60,631 nucleotides of DNA. Origin: Candidatus Latescibacterota bacterium (GTDB lineage Bacteria > Latescibacterota > UBA2968 > UBA8231). Below, piece by piece: positions 9,880 through 19,935 of this stretch. The notes beneath the pieces are model-generated. The model had not been told where the DNA came from and searched no databases. It worked only from the letters and a program-made list of their open reading frames with translations. The position numbers and the translations under genes were made by a program. The stretch lies in assembly GCA_009691525.1 (NCBI GenBank), contig SICG01000003.1, forward strand, positions 1 through 60,631, written 5' to 3'. Position 1 is the first letter of the stretch. Every line of letters starts with the position of its first letter.

Positions 9880-10698
9880 CTAGAAAATCCCCATGTCCTG
9901 ATTGGAGGGGTGCTCTTTCCAGGTCTTGTAGGTGGCGAAGAAGTCCAGCAGATCTCCCATAATGCCCTGGTACAGGGCCTTGCCTTTCTCGGGGCTGGCC
10001 AGCTGGGGCCGGTTGGCCGCGCCGGTGGCCAGGAAGGCGGTGAAGGGCGTGGAGAGGCTGATGGTCTGGATGGACTGGTCCACGTCGTAATAGGCGGTCT
10101 TGAAAGGAGTGGGCACGGCCTTGACCCGGTCTGGATGGCACAATTCGGGAAAGAGGTGCAGGCCCAGAGAGTACTCCCATTCGTCGGCGTGGGTTAGCAT
10201 GGGGCTCTCGAACTTGATGCCGTCGATTCCGGTGGTGCTGGCCTTTTTGATGGTGGGCTGGCCCAGGCTCCAGTAGCTGGCAAAACCCACCCACAGGTCG
10301 CGGCGCTCGTGCCCGCGGCTGTACAGCTCGACCAGGGCCTGGTTGGCCGGCACCTGGTTGCCGCCGTGGCCGTTGAGCAGAAAGATCTTGCGGAAGCCGT
10401 GTTTGATCAGGGTCTCGACGGCGCGGATGAGGATGCGGGTGTAGAGTTCGGGGTTGAAGGTGACGGTGCCGGCGAAATTCAGGTGGTGGTCCGACATGCC
10501 CGCCCACAGGGTGGGCAGGAGCAGGACCTCCTCCCCCATCGTCCTTTCGACTTCCTCGGCAAAGGCGGTGACGATGAGGGTGTCGGTGAGGATGGGCATG
10601 TGCGGGCCGTGCTGTTCGCAGGAGCCCAGAGGCAGGATGACGATCTTGTCCTTGTCGATGTTCTTGATGTCGGGCCAGGCCAAATGTCCGTAGCGCAT
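9880..10698 (-). CDS. Creatininase family amidohydrolase
   Basis: PLGSCEQHGPHMP, TD, NGHGGN, HADEWE. Confidence 0.9.
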   Translation of the reverse strand: MRYGHLAWPDIKNIDKDKIVILPLGSCEQHGPHMPILTDTLIVTAFAEEVERTMGEEVLLLPTLWAGMSDHHLNFAGTVTFNPELYTRILIRAVETLIKHGFRKIFLLNGHGGNQVPANQALVELYSRGHERRDLWVGFASYWSLGQPTIKKASTTGIDGIKFESPMLTHADEWEYSLGLHLFPELCHPDRVKAVPTPFKTAYYDVDQSIQTISLSTPFTAFLATGAANRPQLASPEKGKALYQGIMGDLLDFFATYKTWKEHPSNQDMGIF

Positions 10699-10778
10699 GG
10701 CAACAAGACTCCGGAATGGTGAGGAAAGGCGATATGGAGAGGGTGTTCAAAAGAGAATAGGGGCGGGGGTGAACAGGG

Positions 10779-11378
10779 TCAAGCCAACTCGGGAAAGGTC
10801 TGGAAGAGGAGGGGGTGCAGGGTGCGCAGGGCGCGGGCGCGGTGGCTGAGCTGGTTTTTCAGTTGCGGGGGTAGCTGAGCCATGGTCTGCCGGTGTTCGG
10901 GAACCCAGAAGAGCGGGTCGTAGCCAAAGCCATCCTCGCCGACCGGGCTTTGGGCGATGATGCCCTCGCAGGCCCCATCGGCCTGGCAGTGGCGGCCGTC
11001 GGGGGCCCAGGCCACCAGGCAGCAGCGGAAACGCGCGGTGCGCCGTTCAGGCTCGGGAAAGGGCCGCAGCGCTTCGAGCAGCAGCCGGCAGCGGCCCTGG
11101 TCGTCCAGGCCGGGGCTTCCGTACCGGGCCGAGAGCACCCCCGGCGCTCCGCCCAGGGCATCGACCTCGAGGCCCGAGTCGTCGGCCAGGGCGATCAGAC
11201 CGGAGACCCGGGCAAAAGCGCGGGCTTTGAGCAGGGCGTTTTCAGAATAAGTCTCCCCGGTCTCCTCTACGGTCAATCCTGGGACCAGTTCGAGGGCCGA
11301 TACCAGTTCGAGGGGGGCCAGCAGTTGGCGGAACTCGCGCAGTTTTCCGGCGTTATGGGTGGCGACCAGCAAGGGCAC
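10779..11378 (-). CDS. rdgB: Non-canonical purine NTP pyrophosphatase
   Basis: ATHNAGKLRE, ADDSGLEVDALGGAPG, GFGYDPLF, SHR. Confidence 0.95.
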   Translation of the reverse strand: MPLLVATHNAGKLREFRQLLAPLELVSALELVPGLTVEETGETYSENALLKARAFARVSGLIALADDSGLEVDALGGAPGVLSARYGSPGLDDQGRCRLLLEALRPFPEPERRTARFRCCLVAWAPDGRHCQADGACEGIIAQSPVGEDGFGYDPLFWVPEHRQTMAQLPPQLKNQLSHRARALRTLHPLLFQTFPELA

Positions 11379-11384
11379 GGCAGT

Positions 11385-12458
11385 TCAGGGCTGTTGGGGT
11401 TTGGCGATTTCTTCGAGTTGGTGGGCGCAATATTCCTTGAAGCGGCTGTCTACGAGGGCCCCTTGGTACCAGAGGCGGGCCTGCTCTTTCTGGCCCGTTT
11501 TGAGGTAGGCGTCGGCCAGCACCACCTCGGCCGGGTGGTAGTCCTTCTGGTGCTGCAGGGCACCCTGTGCCGCGTCCACGGCATTGGCATAGTCGCCCAG
11601 GGCGTAATAGGCCTCGGCCAGCCGGAAGTGGGCTTCGGGGTCCTTGTTCTCAAGATCCACGGCCCGGCGCAGTGGCTCGATGGCCTCCTGCTGCCGGCCC
11701 AGTTCGTTGAGGGTGGCACCCATCAACAAATACCCTTCTCCGTATTTAGGATCAACCGCCACGGCCTTTTCCAGGGTTTTCAGGGCCCCCTCCGGGTCCT
11801 GGTTGTCGATCTGGGACCGGGCCCAGCCGCCCCAGGCCTCCGACAGGGTCGAATCTACCGAGATGGCTTTTTGGTACGCCTCGGCTGCCGGGCCGTAGTT
11901 GCGGCTCTGCCGCTGGAGGTCTCCCAGGGCTTTGTACGCCTTGGCGTAGGTAGGGTCCACCTCGATGGCCTTGGTGTAGGCCTGGCGGGCCGCTTCGGTG
12001 TTGCGCATGCGACCGTAGCACACCCCCAGGCCGTAGTGGGCCTTGGCGTTCTTGGGGTTGATGGCCAGGGACTTCTCGAAACCGGAGATGGCCTCCTGGT
12101 AGTTGCGCTGTTCGAAGAGTTTGGCGGCAGACTTCTGGTAGGCCTCGGAAAGTTCGGCGGGCAGCCGGTCTTTGGCGCTGGGCTGGGAGAGGGTCTGGCG
12201 ACCAGCTGCCTCCAGAGCCCTGACGGCCTTGTTGTAGTTTCCCAGGGCTTTGTAGGCTTTGCCCAGGGCATAAAAGGCGTCGCCATAGGTGGAGTCGGTG
12301 GTCACGGCGCGTTCGAATTCGAGGGCGGCGTTGCGGAAGTTCTGAGCCTGGAGCAACTGGTAGCCAGCCCGGTAATGTTCGGCGGCCTCCGGGGTCTGGG
12401 TCTGGGCCCAGCGGGCCGGCAGGAGCAGCAGTGAGCAGAGCCAGAAAAATCGGACCAA
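11385..12458 (-). CDS. Secreted TPR-repeat protein
   Basis: Signal peptide, tandem TPRs (AHYGLGVCY, AYKALGDL); AGGAGG before TTG. Confidence 0.85.
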   Translation of the reverse strand: MVRFFWLCSLLLLPARWAQTQTPEAAEHYRAGYQLLQAQNFRNAALEFERAVTTDSTYGDAFYALGKAYKALGNYNKAVRALEAAGRQTLSQPSAKDRLPAELSEAYQKSAAKLFEQRNYQEAISGFEKSLAINPKNAKAHYGLGVCYGRMRNTEAARQAYTKAIEVDPTYAKAYKALGDLQRQSRNYGPAAEAYQKAISVDSTLSEAWGGWARSQIDNQDPEGALKTLEKAVAVDPKYGEGYLLMGATLNELGRQQEAIEPLRRAVDLENKDPEAHFRLAEAYYALGDYANAVDAAQGALQHQKDYHPAEVVLADAYLKTGQKEQARLWYQGALVDSRFKEYCAHQLEEIAKPQQP

Positions 12459-12565
12459 TGCGCGCCTCCTAAGATCGGGGTAATTGGGTATAAATATATG
12501 TTGGAATAGCTGATTATCAATGTAGATATATTGTCACAACCAGCCCTTGCCCATACACTCTAACC

Positions 12566-13573
12566 ATGCTGGAAACCCTGTGGCGTCCCCTCCTGCGTCT
12601 GCTGGGCGTGGTGCAAAGCGCCTTTCAGGACACCTATACCGGTCGTATCCTGTTCGTGTGCTGGGACTTGGTGGGGCAGATGTGGTACTTTGTAATGATC
12701 GGGGCCGTCCTCAGCACCCTGGCCTGGCGTTTTCTGCCCCGGGGCCAGGTGGGCCGGGCGCTGTCCCGGCGCGGGTCCATCTTGGTCGCCGCAATCCTGG
12801 CCCTGGTTTCGCCGCTGTGCACCTTTGCCGCCATTCCCGTGGTGGGCAGCCTGTTGGCCGCCGGCGCTCCGGCCGCACCCTTGGTGGCCTTCCTGGTGGC
12901 CTCCCCCCTGATGAATCCCACTCTATTTTTATATACCGCCGGTGTCCTGGGCTGGGAGATGGCGTTGGCCCGGGTGCTCACCGCCTTGAGCCTGGGCATA
13001 GCCGCTGGACTGGGCGCTCAGGTGGCCCTGCGGCGGGGGCTGCTCGATTTCTCCGGAGTGGCCCTTGACCCGGCACCGGACCCGGCAAGGGCGGGTGGGC
13101 AGGACCGCCCCCTGGTGGCGGAATTGAAGACCCTGGGCCGCCGTCTGGGCAAGGATCTGGTCTTCATCGGCAAGTTCTTCGCCCTTGGGATCTTCATCGC
13201 CGCCCTCACCAAGACCGTCCTCTCAGCCGAACTGGTGCGCCAGTGGTTGGGGCCAGGCAGCCGGTGGGGGGTACCCCTGGCTGTGGGCATGGGGGTGCCG
13301 CTCTACGCCTGCGGCGGCGGGACCATCCCCATTGTCCAAACCATGATGGAGATGGGGATGAGCCAGGGGGTGGCGCTGGCCTTTTTTATCGCCGGCCCGG
13401 CCACCAAATTTCCCACCCTGGCGGCGCTGGGGGCGGTTTTCGGCAGACGCCTGTTGGGGTACTATCTGGCCGTGGTGCTGGCCGGGGCCCTGTTCTGGGG
13501 GTATGTCTATCCTTTTGGCAGCGAGGCGGTGGTAGTGCGGGCGGACGCTCATCACGAGGAGGTAAGTGAATGA
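12566..13573 (+). CDS. ArsP/DUF318-family permease
   Basis: SPLCTFAAIP, AFLVASPLMNP, GVPLYACGGGTIP, AFFIAGPAT. Confidence 0.85.
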   Translation: MLETLWRPLLRLLGVVQSAFQDTYTGRILFVCWDLVGQMWYFVMIGAVLSTLAWRFLPRGQVGRALSRRGSILVAAILALVSPLCTFAAIPVVGSLLAAGAPAAPLVAFLVASPLMNPTLFLYTAGVLGWEMALARVLTALSLGIAAGLGAQVALRRGLLDFSGVALDPAPDPARAGGQDRPLVAELKTLGRRLGKDLVFIGKFFALGIFIAALTKTVLSAELVRQWLGPGSRWGVPLAVGMGVPLYACGGGTIPIVQTMMEMGMSQGVALAFFIAGPATKFPTLAALGAVFGRRLLGYYLAVVLAGALFWGYVYPFGSEAVVVRADAHHEEVSE

Positions 13574-16506
13574 CCGGGGGCCTTTGTTGGGCGATACTCT
13601 TGGGGGTACTCTTATTGACAAGTGGAATCGGCGCGGCCCAGGATTCTTTTCCCTACACCCTGCAGTGGAAACACTTCACCCGCACCCCGGCCACGGCCCT
13701 GGCCCTGGGGGATTCGCTGATCTATGCGGGCGAGGGCGAGGGCCTGGTGAGTGCGCTTCGCCTGCAGGACGGGACGCAGGTGTGGCAACGGCGCGGATAC
13801 GGCCCTTTGCGCCGTCCCCTGATCCTGGCCGGTGGTCAGGTGCTGGTGGCCGATGTCTGGGGGCGGGTGGAATTGCTGGAGGCCAGCGCCGGGGTGCCCC
13901 TGTGGAGCGCCCAGCGGCAGGGCTGGGGCGAGGCCGGCGCGGTGGTCGAGGCGGGTCGCTGTTTTCTGGGCAGCGCCGATGGCTGGCTCTACGCCCTTGC
14001 TGCGGTTGATGGGAAAGAGGCCTGGCGGCTCTACACCGGGGATTCCCTGCCCTCCAAACCCTGGGCCAGCCAGGGGCAGTTCTACACGGCGGCCCGTTCG
14101 GGCCAACTCTTATCCCTAGACCTGGCCAGCGGCGTTCGGCTGGGCCAGGCCGACACCCAGTCGCCAGTGGTGGTCGGGCCGGTGGGCGCCGAAGACCGGC
14201 TGGTGGTGGGTTGCGAAGATGGTTATGTGCGGGCGTATCGCCGGCAGAGCCTGGCCTCTCTCTGGCAGCAGCGCCTGGGTGCCCCGTTACAGACCGATCC
14301 AGTCTGGACCCAGGATCGGCTGGTCTGCCTGGCCGGCAATGGCTGGGTCTACGGCCTGGAGCCGTCCCGGGGCGAGGTGAGGTGGCGCTTCGCGCTCGAG
14401 GCCAAGGGTGCTGGCCCGCTGGCCCTGGGTCCAGCCGGCGAGGTGCTGGTGGCCACCGACCAGGGGCAGATTCTGGCCCTGGAGCCGCGCACCGGGCGGC
14501 TATTGTGGCGGCAACAGATCTTGGCCAGAGGCGGGCTTTATCTGCAAGCGGCGGGTCCCTGGCTCTTTGCCGGCGCGGTGGATGGATACCTCTACGCTTT
14601 TCGCGTACCCCCACCCATGCCTCCGACCCAGGAGGCGGCGTGGGAGAACTGGCAGGCGGTCTTCGCGCGGGGCGCCAAGACCGGGTACAAACACCAGACG
14701 CTGCGCTCCGACCGCTTCCAGGAGACCGTGGGCTGGCACTTTTTGGAAGAGGAAGTGTCCTGGGCCGGAGGTTTTGTGCGCCGGCGCTTTGAACTGTGGA
14801 CCGACCTGGGATACCGGCCCCTGGCCTTTGTGGCACGGCGCCGCGAAGAGGGCCAGCTACTAGAAGTAGTGGGCGCCTGGGATGGGGACCAGGTGCGCCT
14901 GGAGCAGCATCTAGGTGGGCAGACGGTACCGCGCCAGGTGACCACCGAAACCGGGGCGGTGCTGGCCGAGGTGGCCCTGCTCAAGTTGGTCCGGGAGGGC
15001 CGGGCCCAGGTGGGCCGGCAGGATTCCCTGCGCATCTTCGACCCCACCTCCGAGACCACCGGCACGCTCTATGTAGACTTTGAAGCGGGCGAAGGCGAGG
15101 CCCTGCTCTTGGCGCGCTTGGGGTCCGAACCTGGGGGCGGCGACGTGCTCTGCTGGCTGGATGCGCAGGGCCGGCAGGTACACCGCCAGGTGCCGTTGAC
15201 GGGTGATGAAGAAGCGCGGGTAGACGCGGCCCGGGCCTGTGCCTGGGGCATGCCTGGGCCGGTCAAGGAAACCTACCTCGACTATCCGGTGCCGGCCCCC
15301 GCCAAGGTCGAGCGGCTGGTCCTGGAACTGCCCTCCCATCTGCTGGGCTCGCTGTTGGTCCAGGACGAGCGCCAGCAGGTGGTGGAGGGCATGGACGGCA
15401 AAGTGCGTCTGGCGGTGCAGCGGCAGGAAGACCGCCACCGGGATGCGGTCCGGCTGCCCATCCTCAAACCGGAGCTGGCGCCTTTCCTCCAGCCTTCGCT
15501 CTACATCCAGTCGGACGATCCCCGCATCCGGGAACTGGCCATAGAGTTGCGGGGGCAGGAGCGCGATGCCTGGCAGGTGGTGCTGCGCCTGCAACGCTGG
15601 GTCTATGACCGGATGACCCCCGGAGAAACCGCCGTGCGTTTCAAATCCACGGCTGAGATCCTGGCGGAGATGGAGGGCACCTGCAGCGAGTACACCGTGC
15701 TCTTCATCTCGCTGTGCCGGGCCGCCGGCATCCCGGCCCGGGCCTGCGCCGGTCTGGTGGCCTCGCCTTCGGGGGCTCTTATCCCCCATCTGTGGGCCGA
15801 GGTGTACGTAGGCTATTGGATGAGTGTGGACCCGTCCTGGGACGAGATCGAGGTGGACGCAGCGCACATCCAGTTGTCAGTCGGCGAACTGGCCCCCCAA
15901 ACCCTGGGCCGACTCAACAGTCCGGTGGGGCTCTTCCTGATTTTTGCCGACACCCTCAAGCTGGGGGAATACTTCACCGGGGAGGCCCGTTTTCTGGGCG
16001 AGGCCGAAGGGCTCTTTGCCCAGGCGGGCCAGGCCGAGCGCATCTCTGCCGATACCCTGGCCCAGGAGCTGTACCAGCAGATCACCCACCTGCCCTGGAA
16101 CCACCGCACCGCCGAAGCCTATTTGCGCCAGGGCCGCTTTCAGCTGCAGCAGGGCCATCCGGCCGAGGCCGCCCAGTTGTTCTCCCAACTGCTGATCCAA
16201 GGAGAGGACCCCGAAGCCCAGGGGATCTTCTATCTGGCGCGGGTGGCCGAGCAACAGGGGGATAACAAGGGCGCGGTGGAGCGGTTGAAACAGTTGGTGG
16301 CCAAACATCCCGACCACGAACTAGCCGACGAAGCCCTGGGGCGACTGGCCGAACTGGGCGAACAGGCCGGCGGCTGCGCCCAGGCCCTGCCCTACTACCA
16401 GCGCCTCAGCGAAGACTACAGCCTTTCGGGCTGGGCCCTGGTGGCCCGTTCGGCGTTGGAGCGCTGCCGCAAACAAGAGGCGGGCGAAATGGACGGGAGC
16501 CCGTGA
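13570..16506 (+). CDS. Secreted PQQ-like beta-propeller + transglutaminase-like + TPR protein
   Basis: Signal peptide; repeated GxxxW blades; GTCSEY, HLWAEVY, DPSW triad; C-terminal TPRs. Confidence 0.8.
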   Translation: MTGGLCWAILLGVLLLTSGIGAAQDSFPYTLQWKHFTRTPATALALGDSLIYAGEGEGLVSALRLQDGTQVWQRRGYGPLRRPLILAGGQVLVADVWGRVELLEASAGVPLWSAQRQGWGEAGAVVEAGRCFLGSADGWLYALAAVDGKEAWRLYTGDSLPSKPWASQGQFYTAARSGQLLSLDLASGVRLGQADTQSPVVVGPVGAEDRLVVGCEDGYVRAYRRQSLASLWQQRLGAPLQTDPVWTQDRLVCLAGNGWVYGLEPSRGEVRWRFALEAKGAGPLALGPAGEVLVATDQGQILALEPRTGRLLWRQQILARGGLYLQAAGPWLFAGAVDGYLYAFRVPPPMPPTQEAAWENWQAVFARGAKTGYKHQTLRSDRFQETVGWHFLEEEVSWAGGFVRRRFELWTDLGYRPLAFVARRREEGQLLEVVGAWDGDQVRLEQHLGGQTVPRQVTTETGAVLAEVALLKLVREGRAQVGRQDSLRIFDPTSETTGTLYVDFEAGEGEALLLARLGSEPGGGDVLCWLDAQGRQVHRQVPLTGDEEARVDAARACAWGMPGPVKETYLDYPVPAPAKVERLVLELPSHLLGSLLVQDERQQVVEGMDGKVRLAVQRQEDRHRDAVRLPILKPELAPFLQPSLYIQSDDPRIRELAIELRGQERDAWQVVLRLQRWVYDRMTPGETAVRFKSTAEILAEMEGTCSEYTVLFISLCRAAGIPARACAGLVASPSGALIPHLWAEVYVGYWMSVDPSWDEIEVDAAHIQLSVGELAPQTLGRLNSPVGLFLIFADTLKLGEYFTGEARFLGEAEGLFAQAGQAERISADTLAQELYQQITHLPWNHRTAEAYLRQGRFQLQQGHPAEAAQLFSQLLIQGEDPEAQGIFYLARVAEQQGDNKGAVERLKQLVAKHPDHELADEALGRLAELGEQAGGCAQALPYYQRLSEDYSLSGWALVARSALERCRKQEAGEMDGSP

Positions 16507-16565
16507 GGTTCTTTATCTTTAAAGACTCTTTTTAATCGACGCTCCCCTCTCGCAGAAGTGATGTC

Positions 16566-17444
16566 ATGAACGTGTTGAAAATCGCTTTTCCTTCTGGCAG
16601 TCTCCAGGAGGCCACTTTCAAGCTCTTCGCCAAGGCGGGATACAATGTGCGCCTGCCCTCCCGTTCCTATGTGCCCGACATCGACGATCCCGAACTCAAG
16701 GGTTTGATGTTCCGCGCCCAGGAGGTCGCCAAGTATGTGGAACGCGGGGTGGTGGACGTGGGCCTGACTGGCAAGGACATGATCCTGGAAAACAACGCCC
16801 AGGTGGTCGAACTGGGCGAAATGATCTACAGCAAGAGCACCTCGCGGCCAGTGCGCTGGGTAATCGCCGTGGCCGAAGAATCGCCGATCCAGAAGGTGGA
16901 GGATCTTCAGGGCAAACGCATCGCCACCGAGTTGGTGGAAGGCACCAAACGCTTCCTGGCCGAGCGAGGCGTCCAGGCCGAGGTGGAGTTCTCCTGGGGC
17001 ACCACCGAGGTGAAGGCGCGCATCCCCGGTCTGGTTGACGCGATTGTGGATGTCACCGAGACCGGTTCTTCGCTGCGGGCCAATCGCCTGCGCATCGTCG
17101 ATACCATCTACGAGTCCACCACCCGCTTCATCGCCAACCAGGAAGCCTGGGCCGATCCCTGGAAAAGGGAGAAGGCCCAGAATCTTTTCCTGCTGCTCAA
17201 GGGGGCCCTGGAGGCCGAGGCCAAGGTGGGCCTCAAGATGAACGTGCCGCGCAGCAAGCTCGACGCGGTGATGGCCCAGTTGCCGGCCCTGCACACCCCC
17301 ACGGTTTCGGGTCAGTCCGACCCCGACTGGGTGGCCCTAGAGATCATCACCGACGAGAAGGTGGTGCGCGACCTGATCCCCCAGCTCAAGCGCAGCGGCG
17401 CCGAGGGCATCATCGAGTACCCGCTCAACAAGGTGGTGTACTGA
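16566..17444 (+). CDS. hisG: ATP phosphoribosyltransferase, long form
   Basis: [25 protein letters not shown]-terminal regulatory domain. Confidence 0.95.
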   Translation: MNVLKIAFPSGSLQEATFKLFAKAGYNVRLPSRSYVPDIDDPELKGLMFRAQEVAKYVERGVVDVGLTGKDMILENNAQVVELGEMIYSKSTSRPVRWVIAVAEESPIQKVEDLQGKRIATELVEGTKRFLAERGVQAEVEFSWGTTEVKARIPGLVDAIVDVTETGSSLRANRLRIVDTIYESTTRFIANQEAWADPWKREKAQNLFLLLKGALEAEAKVGLKMNVPRSKLDAVMAQLPALHTPTVSGQSDPDWVALEIITDEKVVRDLIPQLKRSGAEGIIEYPLNKVVY

Positions 17445-17446
17445 GC

Positions 17447-18760
17447 GTGATCGAGATCCTCTCCTATCCGGCCGCGCCCCTGCCGGCCAAGCTTCAGGCC
17501 ATCCTCGGCCGGCGCAGCGGTGTGCCCGCCGAAGTCGAAGAGTTGGTGCGCCAGGTGCTGGAAGCGGTGCGCACGAGCGGGGACGAGGCCCTGGCCGAAT
17601 TCACCGAGAAATTCGACCGGGTGCGGTTGCGGCCCGAGCAGTTCCGCGTGCCGGCGGTGGCCCTGGCGGCAGCCCTGGCGGCCATGGACCCGCAATTGCG
17701 CCAGGCCATCGAGGCAGCAGCGGCCAATATCCGCGCCTTCCACGAGCGCCAGCGCGTCAACTCGTGGTTCATGGAGGACGGCGACGGGGTGATCCTGGGC
17801 AAGAAGGTGCTGCCCATCGGCCGGGTGGGCATCTGTGTGCCGGGTGGCCAGGCCCCGCTCTTCTCCAGCCTGCTGATGGCGGCCATCCCCGCCCAGGTGG
17901 CCGGCGTGCCGGAGCTGTGTGTGGTCTCGCCCCCGCAGGCCGATGGCCGGCCCCATCCCACCATCCTGGCCACAGCGCAGTTGCTGGGCCTCACCGAGGT
18001 CTACGGCGTGGGCGGGGCCCAGGCGGTGGGGGCCATGGCCTATGGCACGGCCACCATCAAAGGCGTGGACAAGATCGTCGGGCCGGGCAGTCTGTACACG
18101 GTGGCAGCCAAACAACAAGTGTACGGGGTGGTGGGCATTGAGATGATCCCCGGTCCCTCGGAGCTGGTGGTGCTGGCCGACGAGCAGGCCGACCCGCGAT
18201 ATGTGGCCGCAGACCTGCTCTCCCAGGCCGAACACGGCAGCGGCTTCGAGGCGGTGGTGTGCATCACCCCTTCGGCGGAAGTGGCTACCTGTGTGCAGCG
18301 AGCGGTCGAGGACCAACTGGCCCGCCTGCCCCGCGCCGAAGCGGCCCGGCAGGCGCTGGAGAATTTCGGGGCTGTGGTAGTGGTGCCCGATCTACAGACC
18401 GGCATCGAATTACTCAACCGCCTGGCCCCCGAACACGCTGAACTGCTGGTGCAGGACCCCTGGAGCTGGGTAGATCAGATCAAGAACGCCGGTGCCCTCT
18501 TCCTGGGACCAGCCTCCACCGAGCCGGTGGGCGATTACTTTGCCGGCACCAACCACGTGTTGCCCACCAACGGGGCGGCCCGCTTTGCTTCTTCAATGGG
18601 AGTGGGGGATTTTCTCAAGACCACCACCATCGTGGCCTACACCGCCGGCCGGCTAGCTGAGGTGGGCGACCAGATCGTCCGCCTGGCGCAGGCCGAAGGT
18701 TTTGAAGCCCACGCCGAGGCCGTGCGCCTCCGCCTAGAGGACTACAGGAGCAAGCCATGA
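17447..18760 (+). CDS. hisD: Histidinol dehydrogenase
   Basis: GGAQA, GPSE, SQAEH, APEH, GDYFAGTNHVLPT. Confidence 0.95.
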   Translation: MIEILSYPAAPLPAKLQAILGRRSGVPAEVEELVRQVLEAVRTSGDEALAEFTEKFDRVRLRPEQFRVPAVALAAALAAMDPQLRQAIEAAAANIRAFHERQRVNSWFMEDGDGVILGKKVLPIGRVGICVPGGQAPLFSSLLMAAIPAQVAGVPELCVVSPPQADGRPHPTILATAQLLGLTEVYGVGGAQAVGAMAYGTATIKGVDKIVGPGSLYTVAAKQQVYGVVGIEMIPGPSELVVLADEQADPRYVAADLLSQAEHGSGFEAVVCITPSAEVATCVQRAVEDQLARLPRAEAARQALENFGAVVVVPDLQTGIELLNRLAPEHAELLVQDPWSWVDQIKNAGALFLGPASTEPVGDYFAGTNHVLPTNGAARFASSMGVGDFLKTTTIVAYTAGRLAEVGDQIVRLAQAEGFEAHAEAVRLRLEDYRSKP

Positions 18761-19347
18761 GCCAGCGCATCGGGCGCGTGCAGCGCCGCACCAGTGAGAC
18801 CGATATCGAAGTGGAGTTGTGCCTGGACGGGAGCGGGCAACTCCAGATCGACACCGGCATCGGCTTCTTCGACCACATGCTCACCGCCTTTGCCCGCCAC
18901 GGGCTCTTCGACCTGAAACTCACATGCCGGGGTGACATACAGGTGGACGCCCACCACACCGTGGAGGATGTGGGCATCTGCCTGGGACAGGCCCTGGCCC
19001 TGGCTCTGGGGGACAAGGCCGGCATCCAGCGCTTTGGCCACAGCTACGTGCCCATGGACGAAGCTCTGGCCCGGGCGGTGATTGATCTGTCGGGCCGGCC
19101 CTACCTGGCGCTGCAGGCTGCTTTCCACGGCCTACAGGTGGGCGGCCTGCCCGTGGGCCTGGTGCGCGAGTTCATGCGCGCCCTGGCCGACCAGGCCCGC
19201 ATGAATCTGCACCTGGATCTGTTGAGAGGCAGCGACGACCACCACGGCATCGAGGCCCTCTTCAAAGCCTGCGGTCGCGCCCTGGCCCAGGCCGTGGCCC
19301 AGCGGCCGGGGGAGCAGGGCATTCCGTCTACCAAGGGGGTGTTGTAG
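18757..19347 (+). CDS. hisB: Imidazoleglycerol-phosphate dehydratase
   Basis: TGIGFFDHML, DAHHTVED, PMDE, HHGIEALFK, PSTKG. Confidence 0.95.
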   Translation: MSQRIGRVQRRTSETDIEVELCLDGSGQLQIDTGIGFFDHMLTAFARHGLFDLKLTCRGDIQVDAHHTVEDVGICLGQALALALGDKAGIQRFGHSYVPMDEALARAVIDLSGRPYLALQAAFHGLQVGGLPVGLVREFMRALADQARMNLHLDLLRGSDDHHGIEALFKACGRALAQAVAQRPGEQGIPSTKGVL

Positions 19348-19392
19348 GCGGCAGATACTGAAATCTACCGTTGACTGACACGAGGTGAGATA

Positions 19393-19618
19393 ATGCGGCG
19401 CTTTAAGATTGTAGTTGAGGAGCATTTGGATGGATTCGTCGCCTATCCACATAGGATTGGCAGGGGTAGTAGTGGGTCAGGGCGACACGCCCGATGAAGC
19501 CGTGGCCGATGCTAAGTCAGCTATTGCCTTCCATATCGAGAGCTTCGGTCAGGAGGCTCTCGAAGACCAGTCGGAAGTGCTCCAGGCTTTTGTCACCGAG
19601 ACAGAACTCGCTGATTGA
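19393..19618 (+). pseudogene. hicB: HicB-family antitoxin, frameshifted
   Basis: MRRFKIVVEEHLDGFVAYP, then one extra base near 19450, then IGLAGVVVGQGDTPDEAVADAKSAIAFHIE. Confidence 0.7.
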
Positions 19619-19749
19619 TGGGGAAGTTTCCTGTGGACCTGGACAAGGAGGGCAACTTGGTGAGCGTGACCATAGGACACGCTGCTAAGTACGCGTCCCT
19701 GCCCCAAGTCAGCGTTCAGGAAATTGGTACGAGCACTGTTGAAAGATAA
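19618..19749 (+). pseudogene. Chimeric remnant: HicA-like N-terminus fused to DUF2283-like C-terminus
   Basis: MGKFPVD joined in frame to LDKEGNLVSVTIGHAAKYASLPQVSVQEI; TGATG coupling to hicB. Confidence 0.5.
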
Positions 19750-19935
19750 CCTTTACAGCGCTTGCTAGCTCCGGTGGAATAGTAACCCGAATGACAAACA
19801 AAGAAGCTACAGCCCGCATCACCGGTGCCCTTGTCAGAAAGCGAGTTTATTGAAATTGGCGCGGCCTGACCCCGAGGTGGATGAGCAGCGGTTGAATCTC
19901 CAGCCCTTCAGCCTCTCAAGACCGGTGTCCTTCTC

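Noticed and set aside
9880-10698. Mycofactocin/RiPP peptidase system with the ABC exporter
   Set aside because: No precursor peptide or RiPP-type radical SAM maturase nearby
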